Source of the DNA: an uncultured Holophaga sp.
GTDB taxonomy: Bacteria > Acidobacteriota > Holophagae > Holophagales > Holophagaceae
Length of the DNA: 64,000 nucleotides
Reading direction: 5' to 3'
Assembly (NCBI GenBank): GCA_963664825.1
Contig: OY761614.1
Location: forward strand, 320,001-384,000
The position numbers and the translations under genes were made by a program. Positions within the stretch are counted from its first letter, which is position 1, and each line of letters opens with the position of its first letter. A model generated the notes under the pieces. That model was not told where the DNA came from, made no database searches, and was given only the letters and a program-made list of their open reading frames with translations. Positions 57,283-64,000 of this stretch are shown here, piece after piece.

Positions 57283-59109
57283 CTACTTCAGCACGGGCAG
57301 TTCCAGGAAGGAGCCCTTCGCGCCCAGGAAGACGCGATGGGTGGCTTTCTGAAAATCCTCTGGCTTGGCCCCATAGATATCCATGAAGACCTGCGGATTG
57401 CGGTCCATGAGGGGAAACCAGCTGCTCTGTAATTGGACCATGAGTCGATGGCCCTTCTTGAAGGTGTGGCAGACATCGTTCAGCGGCCATTCCACCAGTG
57501 TCTGCTGGCCGGGCAGGAAGGGTTCTGGAATTTCCAGGCTCCTCCGGAACTTGCCCCGCATGACCTCCCCCCGCACCAGCTGCTGGTAACCCGCAAAGCG
57601 ATTGACCGGAGGTTCAAGGGGATCACCACTGATCTTCGCCTGGGGGTCGGGCATATCGTCCGGATAGACATCGACGACCTTCACCACCCAGTCGGCATCG
57701 GTGCCGCTGGTGCTCACTTCCAGATGGACCCGAATGGGCCCGGCCACCGTCAGATCCTCCTGGAGAGGCTCCCCCCGATAGACCAGGACATCGGGCCGAT
57801 TCGCCACGAAACGCTGATCGGCGGTCATGTACTCCACAGGCATCCCCGTAGCTAGACCATAGAAAAAGGGGACGGGCTTGGCCGGATCGCTGACAAATTC
57901 GTCGAAGCCTCCCCCGTCGGTAGCGGAACCCAACCCACCCCCCGGCCTGAAGAAGACACGGGTGGCCGCCGTTTCAGGGGGCCAGGCGTCCAACCGTCGC
58001 CAGCGGTTCACGCCGGTATTGAAGATCATGGCTCGGGGCAGCCCAGCCTCCCCCGCACCCTTCAGGTGCTGCATGAAGAAGGGAAAGAGGATCTCCTCCT
58101 GGAAGAAGACCGAAGTCTTGGAGCCGAAACGCACATCCCCGAGGCCTTCGCCCGGATCCCCTTCCCACTGGCCGTGATGCCAGGGCCCCATCACCAGGCG
58201 CGTGTCGGTGGTGGGGCTCTGGGCCCGCAGCGTCTTGAAGAGCTGAAGAGAACCGAAGAGGTTCTCCGCGTCGAACCAGCCTCCCACCGTCAGGACGGCG
58301 GGTTTCACGTCCTGTAGATGGGGCCGCAGGTTCCGTTGCTTCCAGTATTCGTCGTAGTTTCCGTGGGCCATCACCTCGTTCCAGAAGGGAAGCCCCCCAT
58401 GGAAGTGGCGTTCGTTCGCATTGGCCAGGGGACCCAAGCCCAGGAAGAAGGCATATCCGTCGCTGGTGCCGTGGGAGAAGGGAGCGCCGGGTGCCGACGT
58501 GGGCCCCGACCTGGGAGCGCCGAACCAGACTATGAAATTGAAGAGATGGGCCAGCCAGAGGGCGCCGTTGCGGTGGAAGTCGTCCCCCTGGAACCAGTCC
58601 AGGATGGGCGCCTGGGGGGATACGGCCTTCAGGGCCGGATGGGCATCCAGCATCCCGGCCGCAGCATAGAAACCCGGATAGCTGGTGCCCCACTGGCCGA
58701 CGCGGCCATTGTTCCGGGGCACATTCGCGAGCAGCCACTGGATGGTATCGAAGGTGTCGGTACTCTCGTCGATATCCCGGGGTTTGTGAGGGGTCAGATC
58801 CGTGAAACGCCCCCCGCTCATCATCCGCCCCCGAACGTCCTGGTAGACGAAGATGAAGCCCTCCCGCTGGAACCGGGGGGAGGGGCCGAGTTCCTCGGGA
58901 TAGGCATTTGGACCGTAGGGCGCCACGCCATAGGGAGTCCGGTTCAAGAGGATCGGGAGGCTGCGGCCCTTTTCACGCGGTGCATAGATCACCGTAAACA
59001 GCCGCGTCCCGTCCCGCATGGGCACCAGGACCTCCCGCTTGCCATAGTGGAGAGCCCCCTGGGCGCAGAGGACGGATGCACACAGGGTGACGGCGAAGGG
59101 CTGGATCAT
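57283..59109 (-). CDS. CocE/NonD-family hydrolase (alpha-amino-acid ester hydrolase-like)
   Basis: PMRDGTRL, RTPY, QDVRGR, GTSYPGF nucleophile elbow, GGWFDAE, GPWHHG. Confidence 0.92.
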   Translation of the reverse strand: MIQPFAVTLCASVLCAQGALHYGKREVLVPMRDGTRLFTVIYAPREKGRSLPILLNRTPYGVAPYGPNAYPEELGPSPRFQREGFIFVYQDVRGRMMSGGRFTDLTPHKPRDIDESTDTFDTIQWLLANVPRNNGRVGQWGTSYPGFYAAAGMLDAHPALKAVSPQAPILDWFQGDDFHRNGALWLAHLFNFIVWFGAPRSGPTSAPGAPFSHGTSDGYAFFLGLGPLANANERHFHGGLPFWNEVMAHGNYDEYWKQRNLRPHLQDVKPAVLTVGGWFDAENLFGSLQLFKTLRAQSPTTDTRLVMGPWHHGQWEGDPGEGLGDVRFGSKTSVFFQEEILFPFFMQHLKGAGEAGLPRAMIFNTGVNRWRRLDAWPPETAATRVFFRPGGGLGSATDGGGFDEFVSDPAKPVPFFYGLATGMPVEYMTADQRFVANRPDVLVYRGEPLQEDLTVAGPIRVHLEVSTSGTDADWVVKVVDVYPDDMPDPQAKISGDPLEPPVNRFAGYQQLVRGEVMRGKFRRSLEIPEPFLPGQQTLVEWPLNDVCHTFKKGHRLMVQLQSSWFPLMDRNPQVFMDIYGAKPEDFQKATHRVFLGAKGSFLELPVLK

Positions 59110-59187
59110 GGGCGCTCCGACGCCATTGTGCCAGTGAATGTCAAAGCGCCGGGCAAGCCCGGCGCCTTGAAGCGGAAAGGCGAACCA

Positions 59188-60030
59188 TCAGCCCTTGGGC
59201 TGGACGGAGGCCGGGGCCTCCTTGGCTTCAGGACCCGCCTTGGCATCTTCCTTCTTCTGGGCCCAGATGCCGGTGACGATGGGTGCATCATTCACCGTCT
59301 TCTTGGCCGGATCCCAGCTGCGCGTCACGTTGATCGTGAAGGGATTGCCCTTGGAAGACATCCAGCCGGGATCATCCACGATCACGTAGACGCTGCGGAC
59401 TTCCTTGGTCGGATTGGTGTAATTCACCTCGGGGTTGCCCGTGGGGATGAGGTTCTGGAGCATGCCCTGTTCGAGGCGCCCCCACTTGTTGACCATAGCG
59501 AGCCGGAACCAGCCCTCGTTGGGGTGATGGAGCCGAACATGAATGTTTTCCCCCGGGGGCACGCGGAACCCGTAGGCAATCCAGCCGGCCGGGAATTCCG
59601 AGACGCCCGTAAATTCGTTCACCTCTTCGCCGATGGGGTAGACGGCGATGAAGCCTTGGCGGGACATGACCTGGATTTCTTTCATGATATCCCGGTGCCG
59701 CCAGAACTTGGGCGTCGGCCTTACCATGCACCTGGGCATGGGCCTGGGGGTGATGATGGCGTTGGTGGCGGGGCGGATCGGGCGTTCCACGGTGGGACGC
59801 TGCACACCGGGCCGATCCATACTTGGCCGATTCCCCGTCGGACGGTCCACACTGGGCCGGTCCATGGTCGGCCTGTCCACACTGGGCCGATCCACCGTCG
59901 GGCGTTGCACGGAAGGACGTTCCACGGCGCGCCTGTCCTGGGCGGAGACCAAGCCGGTCCCGAAAACGGTGAGTCCGAGGGCGAGACCACCCAGCCTGCG
60001 ACCAGCGCTAGTCATTGGGTATATGGACAT
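59188..60030 (-). CDS. Secreted hypothetical protein with N-terminal pentapeptide xxRP[S/T/G] repeats
   Basis: AGGAGG RBS, signal-like N-terminus, about 10 repeats encoded at 59779-59925. Confidence 0.78.
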   Translation of the reverse strand: MSIYPMTSAGRRLGGLALGLTVFGTGLVSAQDRRAVERPSVQRPTVDRPSVDRPTMDRPSVDRPTGNRPSMDRPGVQRPTVERPIRPATNAIITPRPMPRCMVRPTPKFWRHRDIMKEIQVMSRQGFIAVYPIGEEVNEFTGVSEFPAGWIAYGFRVPPGENIHVRLHHPNEGWFRLAMVNKWGRLEQGMLQNLIPTGNPEVNYTNPTKEVRSVYVIVDDPGWMSSKGNPFTINVTRSWDPAKKTVNDAPIVTGIWAQKKEDAKAGPEAKEAPASVQPKG

Positions 60031-60167
60031 GCTGCCTCCTATCGGGAAATTTGGATTTTAGTCTGCATTCTTTATGCCACCCCCATGGAAGCGTTATTTG
60101 GAGGGTCCCGGGCTTGGGACCCTGGCTCCCGCGGCTACACTGGGAACCTCATCGGAGGGCTCCCTAA

Positions 60168-61535
60168 GTGTTCGGCAAGATTCAGCAGATCCATTTCGTG
60201 GGCATTGGCGGCATCGGCATGTCCGGCATCGCCGAAGTCCTCGTGAACCTCGGTTACAAGGTCAGTGGTTCCGATATCAAGGAGAGCGCCACCACTCAGC
60301 GCCTGGCCTCCATGGGCGTGGAGATCCAGATCGGCCACGATGCGAAATGCATCCAGGGTGCCCAGGTTGTGGTGATTTCCAGCGCCGTCCGGGGCGATAA
60401 CCCGGAGGTGGTGGCCGCCCATGCCGCCAAGGTCCCCGTCATCCCCCGGGGCGAGATGCTGGCCGAACTGATGCGCATGAAATATGGCATCGCCGTGGCG
60501 GGTTCCCACGGGAAGACCACCACCACCAGCATGATCGCCCAGGTCCTGAGCCAGGGCGGCATCGATCCCACCATCGTGGTGGGGGGCAGGCTGGGAGCCA
60601 TCGGCAGCAATGCCAAGCTGGGCAAGGGCCCCTTCCTGGTGGCCGAGGCCGACGAGAGCGACGGCAGCTTCCTCATGCTCAGCCCCACCATCGCCGTCAT
60701 CACCAATATCGACCGGGAGCACCTGGATCACTACAAGGATCTGGACGAGATCAAGGAGGCCTTCACGGCCTTCGGCAACAAGATCCCCTTCTACGGCAGC
60801 GTCTTCGCCTGCATGGACTGCCCCAATACCGCGGCCATTCGCCCTCGCCTCCGGCGCCAGGTCCGCACCTATGGCACCCATCCCCAGGTCGATATCCGGG
60901 CCTTCGATATCCAGCCGGAGGGCTTCCGCACCCACTTCAAGGTGCGGGCCTTCGGCCAGGAACTGGGGGCCTTTTCCCTGGGCGTCCCGGGCCACCACAT
61001 GGTCCTCAATGCCCTGGCCGCCATCGGCGTGGCGTTGGAAATGGGCGTTGAGCGCGAGATCATCCATGCCAGCCTCGCCAGTTTCACGGGCGCCGACCGG
61101 CGTTTCTCCAAACGGGGCGAGCGCAACGGCGTGACGGTCATCGATGACTACGGCCACCACCCCACGGAGATCGCCGCCACCCTGAGGGCCGCCCGGGAGG
61201 GTTTCCCGAACCGCCGGATCGTGGCCGCCTTCCAGCCCCACCGCTATTCCCGCACCCAGGCCCTCCTGGAGGAATTCGGCCAAGCCTTCTTCGATGCCGA
61301 TGTGGTGACCGTCACCGATATCTATGCCGCCAGCGAACCCCCCATCCCCGGGCTCACGGGTCTCACCGTGCTGGAGAGCATCCAGGCCCATGGCCAGCGG
61401 GAAGCCCACTACTGCCCCAAGGTGGAGGACCTGCCGACATTCCTGAATACCCTCGTGCGCCCCGGCGACCTGCTCATCACCTTCGGCGCCGGCAGCATCA
61501 CCCAGGTGGGAACGAAGTTTCTGGAACTGCCCTGA
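60168..61535 (+). CDS. murC: UDP-N-acetylmuramate--L-alanine ligase
   Basis: HFVGIGGIGMSGIA, GSHGKTTTT, EADESDGSF, DDYGHHPTE, FQPHRYSRT. Confidence 0.96.
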   Translation: MFGKIQQIHFVGIGGIGMSGIAEVLVNLGYKVSGSDIKESATTQRLASMGVEIQIGHDAKCIQGAQVVVISSAVRGDNPEVVAAHAAKVPVIPRGEMLAELMRMKYGIAVAGSHGKTTTTSMIAQVLSQGGIDPTIVVGGRLGAIGSNAKLGKGPFLVAEADESDGSFLMLSPTIAVITNIDREHLDHYKDLDEIKEAFTAFGNKIPFYGSVFACMDCPNTAAIRPRLRRQVRTYGTHPQVDIRAFDIQPEGFRTHFKVRAFGQELGAFSLGVPGHHMVLNALAAIGVALEMGVEREIIHASLASFTGADRRFSKRGERNGVTVIDDYGHHPTEIAATLRAAREGFPNRRIVAAFQPHRYSRTQALLEEFGQAFFDADVVTVTDIYAASEPPIPGLTGLTVLESIQAHGQREAHYCPKVEDLPTFLNTLVRPGDLLITFGAGSITQVGTKFLELP

Positions 61536-62108
61536 ATGGGCAAGCGCTTCACGGTCGCCATCACGGGGGCCTCCGGCTCGGGCTTCGCCGTGGCGCTGCT
61601 GAAACGCCTTGGGGCCAATGAAGAGGTCGAGGCGATCCCGCTGCTCCTTTCTCCCACGGGAGCGAACTGCCTCGCCGCAGAATGCGGCCTGAGCGCTGAG
61701 GGACTGGGAGCCTTGAGCCCCAAGATCCAGATCCAGGGCGAGCAGGAGCTGGGCGCTTCCATCAGCAGCGGCAGCCACCGCCAGGATGGCATGGTGATCC
61801 TTCCTTGCAGCGCCGGAACTCTTGGGCGCATCGCCTCCGGCACGAGCGATTCGCTTATCACCCGGGCCGCGGATGTGAGCCTCAAGGAACGCCGCCCCCT
61901 GGTGCTCTGCCTGCGGGAGACGCCCCTCAACCGCATCCACCTGGAGAATATGCTCCGCGCCCACGACGCCGGAGCCATCCTGATGCCCCTCATGCCGGGC
62001 TTCTACTACAAGCCGCAATCCATTGAGGAGCTCTTCGACGCCTTCGCCACGCGTGTGCTGGATCAGCTGGGGATTCAGGAAGAAGACTCGAGACGCTGGA
62101 AGGGATAG
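61536..62108 (+). CDS. ubiX: Flavin prenyltransferase UbiX/Pad1
   Basis: ITGASG, ISSGS, PCSAGTL, RAADVSLKERR, RETPL, PGFY. Confidence 0.93.
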   Translation: MGKRFTVAITGASGSGFAVALLKRLGANEEVEAIPLLLSPTGANCLAAECGLSAEGLGALSPKIQIQGEQELGASISSGSHRQDGMVILPCSAGTLGRIASGTSDSLITRAADVSLKERRPLVLCLRETPLNRIHLENMLRAHDAGAILMPLMPGFYYKPQSIEELFDAFATRVLDQLGIQEEDSRRWKG

Positions 62109-62295
62109 ACCAAGGCCCCCGAAAAGCTGAATCCGGAGAGCCCAGGGAGAGGAGTATCCTTGTCTCATCGGCTTGCCATGCGCTTCCTGATGTTTACTCG
62201 CTTCGCATCCGCCTGGCCCCGCAGATCACCCAAACACACCGAAGCTGTATGTCTTCAGCTACAAGCTCGTCTATCCCGAGCGGAGTGACTAAGCG

Positions 62296-63243
62296 ATGAA
62301 TCTGAACCCTCCCGTCCCCTTCCACCCCGCCCTCTGGGCCCCGGGGCCCCACGCCCAGACCATCCTTTCCCATCTATGGAACACGCCCTGCCCGCCCCTG
62401 CCCTGGATGCCCGCGCACCTGGATCTGGAGGAGATGGAGACCCTGCGACTGGAAATCCTGCCAGGACATACCGACACCGTCGTGCTCTATTTCCACGGCC
62501 TGGGGGGCCATGCGACGTCGAGCTACGTTCGGCGCAGCGCCGCCCTAGCCTCCGCCCGGGGACACAGCGTCATCGCCGTCAATCACAGGGGCGCCGGTCT
62601 TGGCCGAGGCCTGGCGAAAAAGCCCTACCACTGCGGTTCCACGGAGGATGTGGCGGCGGTCATCGCCTACGCGCGCCAGCGCTTCCCAGGCAAGCGGGTA
62701 ATCACCGTGGGCTACTCCCTGAGCGCGGCCATGCTGGTACTGCTCCTGGGCCGGGACCACCATCTGGTCCAGCCTGACGCCGCCCTGATCGTGAACCCGC
62801 CCGGGAATTTGGAAGCCTGCTCCCGCCGTCTCCAGCGAGGCGTGAACCGCCTCTACGAACGGCGTTTCGTGAAACTGCTGCGCTATTACGTGGCGGGCCA
62901 CCCCGGGGCCTCCCCGCTCCCTCCCACGCCCGATCTGTGGACCTTCGACGAGGCCTACACGGCCCCCGCAGGGGGGTTCAGGGACCGCGCCGATTACTAC
63001 GCCCGCTGCAGCTGCGGGTCCTACCTGGGCGGCATCCGAACGCCGGCCCTCATCCTCACCAGCGAGGATGATCCCTTTGCCCCGGCCTCCGACCTGGGCG
63101 AACCCTCCGCATCCGTGCACCTGCACGTCGAGCGCCATGGCGGCCACTGCGGCTACCTCGCCGCAGGCATCACCCCCCAGGGGAACCATCGCTGGATGGA
63201 TTACGCCCTGGACCACTACCTCACAGATCTGGAAAAGATCTAA
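62296..63243 (+). CDS. YheT-like alpha/beta hydrolase
   Basis: HAQTI, FHGLGG, GYSLS, DDPF, GGHCGY. Confidence 0.88.
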   Translation: MNLNPPVPFHPALWAPGPHAQTILSHLWNTPCPPLPWMPAHLDLEEMETLRLEILPGHTDTVVLYFHGLGGHATSSYVRRSAALASARGHSVIAVNHRGAGLGRGLAKKPYHCGSTEDVAAVIAYARQRFPGKRVITVGYSLSAAMLVLLLGRDHHLVQPDAALIVNPPGNLEACSRRLQRGVNRLYERRFVKLLRYYVAGHPGASPLPPTPDLWTFDEAYTAPAGGFRDRADYYARCSCGSYLGGIRTPALILTSEDDPFAPASDLGEPSASVHLHVERHGGHCGYLAAGITPQGNHRWMDYALDHYLTDLEKI

Positions 63244-63434
63244 GCCGCTGCTCAGGAATAACTCGAACGGCCAGCGGCGGAAGGGGTCGTAGCCGAACAG
63301 CCTGAACTGCACAGGTTATTCCGCTCGACTCCTAAACTCTCGTTGACGTCGTTCCTCCCCGGTACCAGGCTGGACCCGACGATTTTCACGTGACAACCCC
63401 CAGCACCGATGGAATGACATGCCGCGAGGTAGGA

Positions 63435-64000
63435 ATGGATGGATACAGGCTCGCCGATCTGATCGAGCTGACCAACCTTCAAAAGCTGACGAATGCCCAT
63501 TTCCGCGCGGCGGGCATGCCCATCGGCATCATCGACGCCATCGACGGTTCCCTGCTCGTGGGAGCCGGATGGCAGGATATCTGCCTCCGGTTCCATCGCG
63601 CACATCCGGCCTCCATGCAGCGCTGCCGGGAGAGCGACGACTATATCAAGGGGCACCTCATCGAGGGCGAGGCCTGCAGCTATAAGTGCAAGAACGGACT
63701 GTGGGACATCGGCATCCCCATTCTCGTGGCGAAGCAGCACCTGGCCACCCTGTTCCTGGGCCAGTTCTTCTACGAAGGCGAAGCCCCCGACCGCGCCTTC
63801 TTCGCCCGGCAGGCCAAAGAATTTGCCTTCGATACGGAGGCCTACCTCGAGGCCCTCGACCGGGTGCCCAGTTTCAGCCGGGAAAAGGTCGACGATATCC
63901 TCGAATACGACAAGGCCCTCGCCGGATTCATCGCCAATCTCGCCGAGCACGCGCTCCTGAAGCTCGGAGCCGAGCAGATCATCCGAGAAAGCGAACGGAA
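63435..64000 (+). CDS. PocR ligand-binding-domain sensor protein, runs off the window (absent from the ORF track)
   Basis: Reads MDGYRLADLIELTNLQKL...GWQDICLRFHR...RCRESD...YKCKNGLWDIGIPI...LFLGQF, open to the window end. Confidence 0.85.
   Translation, partial: MDGYRLADLIELTNLQKLTNAHFRAAGMPIGIIDAIDGSLLVGAGWQDICLRFHRAHPASMQRCRESDDYIKGHLIEGEACSYKCKNGLWDIGIPILVAKQHLATLFLGQFFYEGEAPDRAFFARQAKEFAFDTEAYLEALDRVPSFSREKVDDILEYDKALAGFIANLAEHALLKLGAEQIIRESER

Noticed and set aside
58318..62168. Long ORFs 58318..60246 (+) and 60135..62168 (-), and similar shadow ORFs elsewhere
   Set aside because: They are antisense to well-supported genes; such stop-poor frames are expected in high-GC DNA and show no family motifs
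63255..63322. Isolated attC-like site (GGAATAAC...GTTATTCC)
   Set aside because: The ends are complementary but do not fit RYYYAAC/GTTRRRY, and the interior pairs poorly

Overview
GC-rich bacterial chromosomal window, mostly housekeeping genes (ttcA, rlmI, mtgA, glgC, nrdJ, rarA, buk, pta, recG, dnaB, murC, ubiX, tRNA-Pro(CGG), SRP RNA). The gene content suggests an anaerobic Acidobacteriota/Holophagae-like host, which is inference only. There is one accessory island, about 1.6-9.6 kb, next to tRNA-Pro. It is an integron cassette array without an intact integrase: a putative attI, two intact 124-bp attC sites and progressively decayed attC remnants. Two apparently identical 1629-bp single-ORF IS66-family elements are inserted in it, each with its own 8-bp target duplication, and one splits a cassette gene. 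The most unusual signal is non-coding. At 19362-19645 there is a tandem array with an exact 109-nt period whose units share flanks and fold but differ in sequence through compensatory changes. Every hairpin is capped by a c-GNA-g triloop, often with G.A mismatches. Related foldback DNA follows the SRP RNA gene (whose 3' end is repeated inverted, then direct), follows tRNA-Pro (inverted T-arm copy) and occurs at 44705. Other oddities: a WYL/WCX protein with no HTH but a histone-H1-like tail, an Rrf2 regulator with relocated cysteines behind an IscR-like operator, a frameshift compensated by a 22-nt duplication in an Ig-repeat lipoprotein, a decayed duplicate of the rarA 5' end, and a large lipoprotein with a PHP-like domain lacking its metal ligands. 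All family calls come from motif recognition by eye; no database searches were run.
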